Assembly: GCA_963781585.1 (NCBI GenBank)
Contig: CAWAGQ010000011.1
Location: forward strand, 1-64,000
From: an uncultured Gemmatimonadaceae bacterium
Lineage (GTDB): Bacteria; Gemmatimonadota; Gemmatimonadetes; Gemmatimonadales; Gemmatimonadaceae
Direction of reading: 5' to 3'
Length of the DNA stretch: 64,000 nt
Positions 13,117 to 22,496 of the stretch are shown here, one piece after another. The notes beneath the pieces were generated by a model. The model was not told where the DNA came from and did no database searches. It was given only the letters and a program-made list of their open reading frames with translations. Both the position numbers and the translations under genes were made by a program. Each line of letters opens with the position of its first letter. Positions within the stretch are counted from its first letter, which is position 1.

Positions 13117-13419
13117 TCAGGCTTTGCCGCGGATCTTGGCCATCCACCAGCGTACGCCCACGAAAAGAAAGCGCCAGTCGTGGAAGAACTCGGGGGGCTT
13201 TCCCTCGAAGGCGTGCCCGACGAACTGAAACAGCCAGCCAACTACGAACAGACCGCCGGCGAGCCACCAGAGCCCGGACACGAACAGCGCGACGACGGCA
13301 ACGGCCACCGACAGCACGATCAGCGGGATCCCGACGGTGTGACAGAATCGGTTGATCGGATGCTGATGGCTCTGGGCGTATTGCACGATCAGCTCACTCG
13401 ACGATCGGCTGCCGGGCAT
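13117..13419 (-). CDS. DUF962 / Mpo1-like membrane protein
   Basis: YAQSHQHPINRFCHTVGIP, QFVGHAFEGKPPEF. Confidence 0.85.
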   Translation of the reverse strand: MPGSRSSSELIVQYAQSHQHPINRFCHTVGIPLIVLSVAVAVVALFVSGLWWLAGGLFVVGWLFQFVGHAFEGKPPEFFHDWRFLFVGVRWWMAKIRGKA

Positions 13420-13464
13420 GATGGGCCTCACGGGATTCAGGTAGTCAGCAATCAGCAGTGGGTG

Positions 13465-14754
13465 TTATCGGCGTTCGGCCGTGAGCTCATGGCCCGCCAC
13501 CCGCGCGCACTCGGACAACACGGCGGCTCCGACGAAGATGCTCTCCTCTGCGGCGACGAAGCGTGACGAATGGGCCGGTATGACCTCGCCACCCTCCTCG
13601 CGTGCGCCGATGCGCAGAAAACACCCGGGCATCCGCTCGAGGTACACGGCGAAGTCTTCACCCCCCATGTTGGTGAGGCCGAACGGCACCAGGGAACCCG
13701 GGCCCAGCACGCGCTCGGCGGCACGGCGGGCCCAAGCGGTTTCGCGGGGCGTGTTCACCACCGGCGGGGTACCGTCGCCGAACGCGATCTCCGCCGACAG
13801 GCCGTACGCGGCAGCGACGGTGGTAGCGAGATGGCCGACGTGCTCGCGCAACGCGGCACGCACGTCCGGAACCATCGCCCGTAGCGTTCCACCGAGCACC
13901 ACCTGCTGCGGTATCACGTTAGGCGCCGATCCGCCATGCATCATCCCGATGGTGACGACGGCCGTGACCCCCGGGTCGAGCCGCCGGGCGACGATCGTCT
14001 GCAGCGCGGTGACGATCGCGGCCGCGCCCACGATCGGATCTGCACCCTCGTGCGGGCGGGCTCCGTGCGCGCCGTGTCCGGTGATCGTGACGGTGAACGT
14101 GTCCGACGACGCGGCCACCGCGCCGGGATCGGCGACCACCTGGCCGAGCGGGAACCGGCGGTCCACGTGGCCGCCGAAGATGGCGACGGCGTCCTCGAGG
14201 GCTCGCGAGTCGAGGATGACCCTCGCTCCCGCACCCACCTCTTCGGCCGGCTGGAGGACGATGAGAACGTCACCCGGCGCCGGGTTTCGTTTCAGCAGCA
14301 ACGCGGCCCCGACCGCCCAGGTGGCGTGCACGTCGTGACCGCAGGCGTGCATCACGCCGGGTGATTCGGACGCGAAGGGGAGACCAGTCTCCTCCTGAAT
14401 GGGGAGTGCATCGATGTCGCCACGAATGGCGAGGGTGGGTGCGCCCCCATGGCCGGGAAGGCGTGCCACGACGCCGGTATCCGCTATCCGGCGCACATCG
14501 CTCACCCCGGCCTTGCGCAGAAAGGCCTCGAGGCGCCCCGCCGTCGCCTCTTCCTTCCACGAGAGTTCCGGGTGGCGGTGGAGGTTGCGGCGCAGGTCGC
14601 GGAGCGACTCGATCTCCTCCGGCGTGAACTGCGTCCCGGGACCCTCCGCGACGCCGCCGGCCGGCCGTCCCGTATTGCTGACCGGCGCGGCTCCGGCCGC
14701 GGGTGACCGAGGGGTGCCATCCCGCTGAGTCTTCACCGGCGGATCGTCGCGCAT
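13465..14754 (-). CDS. M20 amidohydrolase (probable N-succinyl/N-acyl-L-amino acid hydrolase)
   Basis: LHRHPELSWKE, RGDIDALP, MHACGHDVH, QPAEE, GGEDF. Confidence 0.88.
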   Translation of the reverse strand: MRDDPPVKTQRDGTPRSPAAGAAPVSNTGRPAGGVAEGPGTQFTPEEIESLRDLRRNLHRHPELSWKEEATAGRLEAFLRKAGVSDVRRIADTGVVARLPGHGGAPTLAIRGDIDALPIQEETGLPFASESPGVMHACGHDVHATWAVGAALLLKRNPAPGDVLIVLQPAEEVGAGARVILDSRALEDAVAIFGGHVDRRFPLGQVVADPGAVAASSDTFTVTITGHGAHGARPHEGADPIVGAAAIVTALQTIVARRLDPGVTAVVTIGMMHGGSAPNVIPQQVVLGGTLRAMVPDVRAALREHVGHLATTVAAAYGLSAEIAFGDGTPPVVNTPRETAWARRAAERVLGPGSLVPFGLTNMGGEDFAVYLERMPGCFLRIGAREEGGEVIPAHSSRFVAAEESIFVGAAVLSECARVAGHELTAERR

Positions 14755-14764
14755 CACGTAAGCG

Positions 14765-15892
14765 TCAGGGTTCGCCCACCGTCTCTTCGCGGACCGTGAG
14801 GTCCTCGATGCGGTCGCGGTCGATGCCGACACCAAGTCCCGGGCGATCGATGGGCACGTGGATGGTGCCGTGCTCGGTCATCATCCACTCGGGCGTGACG
14901 ATATCGCACGCCCAATAGCGCGCGCTGGGGGAGATGTCTCCCGGCTTGACGAAATTGGACAGCGAGGCGAGCGCCACGTTGTACGCGCGTCCGATGCCGG
15001 TCTCCAGCATCCCGCCACACCAGACCGGAATGCCGTTGGACTCGCAATAGTCGTGGATGGCGACCGACGCGGTGATGCCGCCCACCCGGCCCGGCTTGAT
15101 GTTGATGATGCGTCCGCTGCCCAGGCGGAGCATGTCCTGGGCGCGGTCGAGCGACGTGATCGACTCGTCGAGGCAGATGGGCGTCTGGAGACGCGCCTGG
15201 AGCTCGGCATGGCGGACCAGATCGTCGAAGGCGAGCGGCTGCTCGATCATCATCAGGCCCAGACGGTCGAGTTCCAGCAGCGGCTCGATGGTGTCGAGGG
15301 TGTAGGCGTTGTTGGCGTCGACCATCAGGGGGGCGTCGGGCCCGAGCGCGTCGCGGGCGGCACGCGCGTATTCCACGTCGGCCCCAGGTCTGATCTTGAT
15401 CTTGACCTTGCGGTAGCCCTCGTCGAGAGCGCGGCGCGCCGTCTCCACCAACGCTTCCGGGGTGGGCTGGATGCCTAACGAGATCCCGACTTCGATCTCG
15501 TCACGGGCACCGCCAATCAGTCGCGCCAGCGGCATGCCGAGGCGTTCGGCCTCCAGCCCCCAGATCCCCATCTCCACGGCCGCCTTCGCCATGTAATTGC
15601 CGCGGCAGTCCTGTTCCAGTATCGCGTGTACCTCGCCGGGGGCGGCGAGCGATCGAAACAGGACGCGTGGGGCCAAGTGGCGGATGATGGTGACCCACGC
15701 GCTGTCGATGGTCTCGGCCGAGTAGTTGGGATATTCCCCGGCGACACTTTCGCTCCAGGCGGTGGCGCCGCTGCCGTCGCGCAGCTCGAGCAGGGCAATG
15801 CGCCGCTCCGACACCACGCCCGAGGAGATCCGGAACGGTTCCCTGAGCGGCAGCCGGATTTCCCGCAGCGTGATGGCGACGACTTCGATCAT
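14765..15892 (-). CDS. menC: o-succinylbenzoate synthase / N-succinylamino acid racemase (NSAR/OSBS subfamily)
   Basis: Enolase superfamily: KVKIKIRPG, MVDANNAY, IEQP, ICLDESI, INIKPGRVGG, WCGGMLETGIGRA, PGDIS. Confidence 0.88.
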   Translation of the reverse strand: MIEVVAITLREIRLPLREPFRISSGVVSERRIALLELRDGSGATAWSESVAGEYPNYSAETIDSAWVTIIRHLAPRVLFRSLAAPGEVHAILEQDCRGNYMAKAAVEMGIWGLEAERLGMPLARLIGGARDEIEVGISLGIQPTPEALVETARRALDEGYRKVKIKIRPGADVEYARAARDALGPDAPLMVDANNAYTLDTIEPLLELDRLGLMMIEQPLAFDDLVRHAELQARLQTPICLDESITSLDRAQDMLRLGSGRIINIKPGRVGGITASVAIHDYCESNGIPVWCGGMLETGIGRAYNVALASLSNFVKPGDISPSARYWACDIVTPEWMMTEHGTIHVPIDRPGLGVGIDRDRIEDLTVREETVGEP

Positions 15893-15900
15893 GCGATGGA

Positions 15901-16743
15901 TTACTCGTCAGGCCGGGTGAGCACGTAATATGGAAGGGCGGTCGGGGTGCCGCGCACGAATCGCGTGACCCGAAGCCCACGCCGCAGTGCGGGAACGATG
16001 GCCGCGCGGACGGCCAGTCGCCAGCGCATCGCGCGCTCCCCGCCCGCCACCTGCTCCGCCTGGAGATCAACCGGGATCTGGACGCGTACCCCGGACGCGT
16101 CCGAGGGTCCGTCGCCGGGTACCTCCGGCAGGCCGGACGCGTCGACCGGGTTCAGCAGTGGCAGCCGACTGTCGTCAGGAACGGCGGTGGTCGTGCGGCC
16201 CCCAGCCGGTGTGCCGGAGTCGGGTTGGCGGGTCAGATCCCACGAGATGACGAATCTGTCGGTGGGCAGCGTGCCATGGAGCGCGCTCCCGGTGTCGGCG
16301 CCGTACAAGTCGACCACGTATTCAACGGGGAAGGCGCCAAGCCGGTCGATGTTGAGGTGCGCGTTGCGGGCGACGAGGGGGTCGTAGGTCCACAGCATCT
16401 CTTCGACGCCGAGCTGGCGGACCTTGTCACGCTGGTAGTGTTTGAGGCGTTCACCGAGGTGCCGGCCACGGTGCGATTCGCGGACGGCGAGCATGTCGGA
16501 CCAGTGTACGAGCCGTCCGCCGCGCACGCCGGTGAGTCCGAAGACGAATCCCACCATGCGGCCAGTTGGCTCGAAGGCGCCCGCGCTGACGCCGCTGATG
16601 CGCTGGCCCACCTTGAGGATTGCCGCGGGGACGCGTTCGGAGAATCCACGGCCCCAGGTCTCCTCCTGGAGATCGACGCAGGCGCGGAAGTCGTCGAGCG
16701 TGACGAGGTCGCGGATGACGATGTCCGGTGCGGAATGGCTCAT
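15901..16743 (-). CDS. GNAT acyltransferase (putative D-amino acid N-succinyltransferase)
   Basis: HWSDMLAV, WTYDPLVARNAHLN, LPTDRF; first gene of the operon with NSAR and M20. Confidence 0.75.
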   Translation of the reverse strand: MSHSAPDIVIRDLVTLDDFRACVDLQEETWGRGFSERVPAAILKVGQRISGVSAGAFEPTGRMVGFVFGLTGVRGGRLVHWSDMLAVRESHRGRHLGERLKHYQRDKVRQLGVEEMLWTYDPLVARNAHLNIDRLGAFPVEYVVDLYGADTGSALHGTLPTDRFVISWDLTRQPDSGTPAGGRTTTAVPDDSRLPLLNPVDASGLPEVPGDGPSDASGVRVQIPVDLQAEQVAGGERAMRWRLAVRAAIVPALRRGLRVTRFVRGTPTALPYYVLTRPDE

Positions 16744-16816
16744 ATGCACCCGAGATGGGATTCCTCAACGGATGAAAACATGTGTCCGGATCACCGGCGC
16801 GCTATCTTCCTCCCGG

Positions 16817-19789
16817 ATGAGCGCGGATCTCGAGGGGCTGCGTGACGCCCTGTCCGGAGTGTACGCGATCGACGACGAACTCGGTCGCGGTGGGATGGCA
16901 ACGGTGTATCGCGCCCGCGACCTCCGGCACGACCGCCTTGTCGCCCTCAAGGTACTGCACCGCGACACCGGCGTCGGATCCGAACGGTTTCTCCGGGAGA
17001 TCAGAACCGCCGCGGCGCTCTCTCATCCGAATATCCTGCCGGTATTCGACTCCGGGTCGGCATCCGGGTTCCTCTACTACACGATGCCGCTCCTGGAGGG
17101 CGAATCGCTCCGCAGTCGCCTCCAGCGCGAGACGCAGCTTCCGCTGGCAGACGCACTGCAGATCACCCGCGAGGTGGCCGACGCGCTGGGCTACGCGCAC
17201 GCCCATAACGTCATTCATCGCGACATCAAGCCGGAGAACATCCTCCTCCACGACGGGCACGCGAGCGTTGCCGATTTCGGCATTGCCGGGGCGATCGTAC
17301 CGGCCGAGGACGAGCGACTGACGTCCACCGGCATCGTGGTGGGGACACCGAACTACATGAGTCCGGAGCAGGCCAGCGGAGAGCGGCGCCTGGACGGACG
17401 CACAGACGTTTACTCGCTCGCGTGTGTCGTGTACGAGATGCTGAGCGGCGAGCCTCCACATAGCGGACCCACTCCGCAGGCGGTCCTGGCGCGACAGCTC
17501 AAGGGCGAGGTCCGGTCACTGACGCCGCTCCGTTCGAGTGTCAGCAGCGATCTGGACGCCGCGGTGCGGCGTGGTCTGGCGCCGGCGCCGGCGGATCGCT
17601 ACCGCTCCGCGCCCGAATTCGTGGCCGCGCTGGACGCTGCCACGCACGGTGACGCGGTGCCGTCAGGAGGCGCTCGCCTCGGCCGACATCGGGTGGTGCG
17701 CCTAACGGTACTGGGAGCGGCCGTGGCCCTGCTCGCCCTGGTCGGACGGCGCATGCTGCGCGGCGGCGGCCACAGTCGGAATGCTGCGGTCGCGATCTTT
17801 CCCTTCCGCACCAGCGGAGCCCAGGTGGACGAGTGGACGGAGTACCTTCCCGACCTGCTGGCGACGTCCCTCGACGGCACGCCGGGCCTCCCGGTGGCGG
17901 ACCCGTGGTCGCTGTGGCACGCGCTGCGGCCGGCTCGTGCGGAACGGGCTCGCAGTCCCGATCCGGATGAAGCGGCGCAACTGGCGAAGCGCGCCGGGGC
18001 CGCGACCTTCCTGCTCGGCGCCGTGGTCCAGACCGGCGAGCGGGTTGTCGTCACCGCCCGGCTCTACGCCACCGAGCGGGCCGATCTGTTGCACACGTTT
18101 TCCGACGCGACAGCCGCCGACAGCCTGCCCGCGCTGGTCGAGCGCCTGGCCGTCGGCATCGTTGGCCAGCTGACCGGGGAGCGCGGACCTCACGTGGAGA
18201 CATACGCCACGGACTCGCTCGACGCACTCAAGGCCTACCTTGCCGCGCGCGAAGCGATGCGACGCGGCCTGGTCGACTCGGCAGACATCGCGATTGACCG
18301 GGCGATTGCGCTGGACTCGAATTTCGCGCTCGCCCTGGTGACCGCGGTCAGCATCAAGTCCTGGAGGCAGTTCAATGCCGGGCAGCCCTACACCGGACTG
18401 CTACCGCTGGCCGAGCGCGCGGTACAGGCCAGTGATTCGTTAGGCGAGCGCGAACGCATGCGCGCCCGCGCCGTCCTGGCTTCGATCCGAACCGACGGCG
18501 CCGGGGTCGCCGAGGCCACCGCACGCATTCTCGAGCGAGACAGCACCGATCTCCAGGCACTCGATCTGCTGAGTTACAGCCACCTGAGCTACGGATGGCA
18601 GTACGGAGCGGGGGAACAGGACGCCCGCGCGGTGGCGGAACAGATGCTGCGTATCGACTCGCTCGACGTCCCGGCGCTGGTGCGCCGGGCCTTCCTGGCC
18701 GCGGCAACCGAAGATTCCGCCGACGTACACCACCAGATCGAGCGGCTGATGCGCGCGGACACCGCAAATGCGTTGATTCGCGGTGCCTTGCTGAGCCTGC
18801 GCGCGCTGCAGGCCGGTCCGGCGCAGTTCCGGTCTCTCGCCGAGTCGATCAGCACTGCCCCGGTGCCCGAGTGGCTGGCGGCGTTCCGGACCCTGCGCTC
18901 GTATGCGCCGGAGCGGGCCGATCGCCTGATAACACTAGTGCTCGCCGCCGTCGGCCCTGGAATTCCGATGCGAACCGCCTTCGGTGCGAGCCTGCAGCTG
19001 GCGGTTGCAGAGGGCCGATATCGGGAGGTCGACTCGATCGCGCGATCAGGCGCCGTGCGCGCATTCCCGGGCCTCGCTCCGCAGGTGAATCTGCTCCTCG
19101 TCGCATCAGCCATCGCCGGGGTTGGAGACAGTGCGATAACGCAACGCGCTCTACGCGAACTCACGGCGTTCGTCCCGATCGACTCGGCCAGCGCGTACTT
19201 CGAGACCAGACCGGTGTGGTGGACGGGGTGGGCGATAGCGGCGCACCATGCCATGTTCGGCGATTCCTCGGTGACGCGACGATGGCGTGCGGCGATCGGT
19301 TCACTTCCAGCCGGCGGGACCTCGGATGACTATCGCGGAGCGCTACAGAGCGACCTGGACTCACGCCTCGCAGCCAGACGGGGCGATCTCCAGACCGCGC
19401 TCGGATTGAGCGAGCGGGCATACGGCCTGTGGACGATTCACACCAGCAATACTCTGGAATCACAGCCCGAGCCGGCGATTCGGTTCCACATGGCAACGCT
19501 CCTGCGTGCGATCGGGCGGACTGACAGCGCGGCGGCCCTACTGCGCTCGCTTGTTCCTCCCACGACCTGGATGGGATTCTACTCGGCGCGAGCGTCGCTC
19601 GAGTTGGGAGAGATCGCTGAGGCTGCGGGTGATCGTGCAGCGGCGGCCCGCCACTACGGAATGGCTGCTTCCCTGTGGCGACGTGGTGGATCCGAGGTCG
19701 CGACATGGCGCGATCGCGCGGTGCAGGGCCTGCGACGAGCAACCAGTGAACCGTCGAGCCGGGCTCGCAGCACGCAGCCCCGGCCTTGA
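16817..19789 (+). CDS. Ser/Thr protein kinase with TolB-N-like and TPR-like C-terminal region
   Basis: LGRGGMATVY, HRDIKPEN, DFG, GTPNYMSPE; TM; VAIFPFRT; RAIALDSNFALA and helical repeats. Confidence 0.88.
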   Translation: MSADLEGLRDALSGVYAIDDELGRGGMATVYRARDLRHDRLVALKVLHRDTGVGSERFLREIRTAAALSHPNILPVFDSGSASGFLYYTMPLLEGESLRSRLQRETQLPLADALQITREVADALGYAHAHNVIHRDIKPENILLHDGHASVADFGIAGAIVPAEDERLTSTGIVVGTPNYMSPEQASGERRLDGRTDVYSLACVVYEMLSGEPPHSGPTPQAVLARQLKGEVRSLTPLRSSVSSDLDAAVRRGLAPAPADRYRSAPEFVAALDAATHGDAVPSGGARLGRHRVVRLTVLGAAVALLALVGRRMLRGGGHSRNAAVAIFPFRTSGAQVDEWTEYLPDLLATSLDGTPGLPVADPWSLWHALRPARAERARSPDPDEAAQLAKRAGAATFLLGAVVQTGERVVVTARLYATERADLLHTFSDATAADSLPALVERLAVGIVGQLTGERGPHVETYATDSLDALKAYLAAREAMRRGLVDSADIAIDRAIALDSNFALALVTAVSIKSWRQFNAGQPYTGLLPLAERAVQASDSLGERERMRARAVLASIRTDGAGVAEATARILERDSTDLQALDLLSYSHLSYGWQYGAGEQDARAVAEQMLRIDSLDVPALVRRAFLAAATEDSADVHHQIERLMRADTANALIRGALLSLRALQAGPAQFRSLAESISTAPVPEWLAAFRTLRSYAPERADRLITLVLAAVGPGIPMRTAFGASLQLAVAEGRYREVDSIARSGAVRAFPGLAPQVNLLLVASAIAGVGDSAITQRALRELTAFVPIDSASAYFETRPVWWTGWAIAAHHAMFGDSSVTRRWRAAIGSLPAGGTSDDYRGALQSDLDSRLAARRGDLQTALGLSERAYGLWTIHTSNTLESQPEPAIRFHMATLLRAIGRTDSAAALLRSLVPPTTWMGFYSARASLELGEIAEAAGDRAAAARHYGMAASLWRRGGSEVATWRDRAVQGLRRATSEPSSRARSTQPRP

Positions 19790-19879
19790 TACCGGACCTG
19801 GCGAGCTCCGGGTTCATGCGACGAGGGGCGGTCGAGGCGGCACCGCCACCTGTATCGCTGTACCACGGTGGCGGCCGGC

Positions 19880-22345
19880 CTACGCCTCCCGCAGTGCGCT
19901 GCCTGGGTGGACGCGTGTAGCCCGTCGCGCGGGTACGTAGGTCGCGACCACGGAGGTCACGAGGATGATGAGCGACACCAGCAGGTACGTCGGCAAATCC
20001 GTCGGCGTGACGCCGAACAGGAGGTCGCGCATGATGCGCGTCAGGGCGAGTGCACCGAGCAGGCCCGCCACGACACCCACGCCGACGATGGCAACGACCT
20101 CCCGGCCGAGCAGCCGCAGGATGCGGGCGTCGTCGGCGCCGAGCGCCATGCGGATGCCGATCTCCCGGCGGCGCTGATTCACCCAGTATGCGATGACACC
20201 GTACACGCCGACCGCCGAGAGAATCAGGGCGAAGGCGGCGAACGTCGCCAGCACGAGCATCGAGAGTCTGCGGCGCGCGAGGGAGTCCTGCAGCCGTTGC
20301 TCCATCGTACTCACGTCGTACGCCGGGAGATCGGGATCGAGCTGCGCCACCTGGCGCAGCACCGCGCTCAGCGCGGCGCGATGGTCGAGGCCAGGGCGTG
20401 TGCGAACCACAACGAACCGGCTGGCGATTCGATATTGCTCCACAGGGAAGTAGACCGTAATGGGTGGCTGGGCGCTGAGCTCATACTCGCGCGCATTGTC
20501 AACCACGCCGACCACCGTGCGCCACGGCCCGTCGCTCCCCTGACGCAGCCGCTTGCCGAGCGGACTGTCATGCGGCCAGAAACGGGCCGCGAGATGGTCG
20601 TCCACGATCGCGACCGGCGGCGCGCTCCGGTTGTCCGTGTCGGTGAATGCCCGGCCCTGCAGCAGCGGGATGCCCATCGTGCGCAGGTAGTCGGCACTGA
20701 TGTACGCGCTGCTGCTGATGATCCGCTCCTCACTCGGCGCGCGGGGCACGTACCCCTCGATGGAGATCGGCTCCCACGCCAGCGCGACGGAACTGAGCGG
20801 AAGCTGATAGTTGGTGCCGATGCTCACCACGCCGGGCAAGCCGCGCACGTCGTGCTCGAGGCGGTCGAAGAAGAGCGAAACCGATTCTGGAGTGTTGTAT
20901 CGCGCGGCCGGTAGCGTGAGGCGAAACGAGAGGACGTTCCCAGGATCGAATCCGGGGTTCGCCCGCGTGATACGCTGGTAGCTGCGAATCAACAGGCCGG
21001 CGCCGAGCAGCACGATCACGGATAACGCAACTTCGGTGACGATGAGGAGGCGCCGGCCATCGGTGTGACGGCCTCCGGGATGATCGGACGCTCCCCGTCC
21101 GCCCCCGCGGAGTACGGTGTTGGGGTCGGTACGCGCGCCGCGGAGGGCGGGTCCGAGTCCGAAGAGGAGCGGCGTCACCAGCGACACGACGCCCGTGAAC
21201 GCGAGCACGGGCCCGTCGAGGCGAATGTCGGCGGCGCGCGGGACGTCCGCCGGCTCGAAGAACCGAAGGGTCGCGATGCCCAGCAGGCCAATCGCGAGTC
21301 CTACCAGGGCGCCCGCCAGCGAGAGCACCAGCGACTCCGTAACCAGCTGCCGCACGAGGCGTCCGCGCCGCGCGCCGACCGCCGCGCGAATTGCCAGCTC
21401 CCGCTCTCGCACGGTCGCGCGGGCCAGGAGAAGGTTCGCCACGTTGCCGCACGCGATGAGCAGGACGAGAGCGACGGCGCCGAGGAGCACGTACAACGTC
21501 ATCCGCAGATCGCCAACCACCTGATCCAGCAGCGGCACGATGGAGATCGTGAGACCGCCGGTTTCAGGGTACATCGCCGGATACTGCAGCCGCATGCGTG
21601 CCGCAATGGCGTCCATTTCGGATTGCGCGTGCGCGACCGTTACGCCGGGCTTGAGCCTGGCGAACACGTTGAAGTCTTCGCCGTTGCGATTGGCGCGAGC
21701 CGATGCCGCGAGCGGCAAGGGGAGGATCAGATCGGTGCGCTGAATGCCGTTGACCGCCGGCATGACCTCCTTGCCGAAGATGAACGCGCGAGACGTAACG
21801 CCGACGATGGTAAAGGGAAGGTCGTTGAGGACGATCCGCCTGCCGATGATGGCGGGGTCGCTTCCGAAGCGACGCACCCAGAACCCGTGGGTGAGGACCA
21901 CGGCGCGCTCACCGCCCGGCGTGTCGTCGTCAGCCGAGAACACGCGTCCGAGCCCAGGCTGCGCGCCGAAGAGTGGAAAGAACGACGATGACACGCGGAC
22001 GCCGTCGACCCGTTCCGGGGGGCCGTCGCCGGTCATGTTGAAGCTGGCGCCGATCGCCGCGGCCGTGCGCTCGAAGACCGTGTTCTCGAGGGCGATGTCG
22101 AGATACTGCCCCGTGGAAAGCCAGTCCTGCTGCACGTTCAGGCCGGGAGACCGCTGCCAGAGAATGGCGAGACGATCGGGCTCGGGGTACGGCAGGGGCC
22201 GGAGGATGATCGCGTTGGCCACACTGAAGACGGCGGTGTTCGCGCCCAACGCGATGGCGAGCGACAGCACCGCCGCGGCGGTAAACGTCGGCGAACCCCC
22301 GAGCTGCCGGAGGGCCTGCCTCAGATCCTGGCGCCAGGCATCCAC
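19880..22345 (-). CDS. Duplicated MacB/FtsX-type ABC permease (ADOP-like orphan permease)
   Basis: WRQDLRQALRQL..ALGANTAVFS, LLIACGNVANLLLAR..RELAIRAAVGA, RREIGIRMALGA; no adjacent ATPase. Confidence 0.9.
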   Translation of the reverse strand: MDAWRQDLRQALRQLGGSPTFTAAAVLSLAIALGANTAVFSVANAIILRPLPYPEPDRLAILWQRSPGLNVQQDWLSTGQYLDIALENTVFERTAAAIGASFNMTGDGPPERVDGVRVSSSFFPLFGAQPGLGRVFSADDDTPGGERAVVLTHGFWVRRFGSDPAIIGRRIVLNDLPFTIVGVTSRAFIFGKEVMPAVNGIQRTDLILPLPLAASARANRNGEDFNVFARLKPGVTVAHAQSEMDAIAARMRLQYPAMYPETGGLTISIVPLLDQVVGDLRMTLYVLLGAVALVLLIACGNVANLLLARATVRERELAIRAAVGARRGRLVRQLVTESLVLSLAGALVGLAIGLLGIATLRFFEPADVPRAADIRLDGPVLAFTGVVSLVTPLLFGLGPALRGARTDPNTVLRGGGRGASDHPGGRHTDGRRLLIVTEVALSVIVLLGAGLLIRSYQRITRANPGFDPGNVLSFRLTLPAARYNTPESVSLFFDRLEHDVRGLPGVVSIGTNYQLPLSSVALAWEPISIEGYVPRAPSEERIISSSAYISADYLRTMGIPLLQGRAFTDTDNRSAPPVAIVDDHLAARFWPHDSPLGKRLRQGSDGPWRTVVGVVDNAREYELSAQPPITVYFPVEQYRIASRFVVVRTRPGLDHRAALSAVLRQVAQLDPDLPAYDVSTMEQRLQDSLARRRLSMLVLATFAAFALILSAVGVYGVIAYWVNQRRREIGIRMALGADDARILRLLGREVVAIVGVGVVAGLLGALALTRIMRDLLFGVTPTDLPTYLLVSLIILVTSVVATYVPARRATRVHPGSALREA

Positions 22346-22496
22346 GGTTGTTATCCGGGTTGAGCGCCGAGGCGGGTCCCCACGGTGGGACCGCGATTGT
22401 ACGGCATCCGGCTGAACAGGGTCGTCCGCGATGTCACTTGTAAGGCGGGCGGCGCGGCATCGGCCACCAGCGCGGCGCGGCGTCCGAACGGCGCGG

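Noticed and set aside
14765..15892. Menaquinone biosynthesis locus
   Set aside because: No other men genes nearby; the GNAT/M20 context points to the racemase role.
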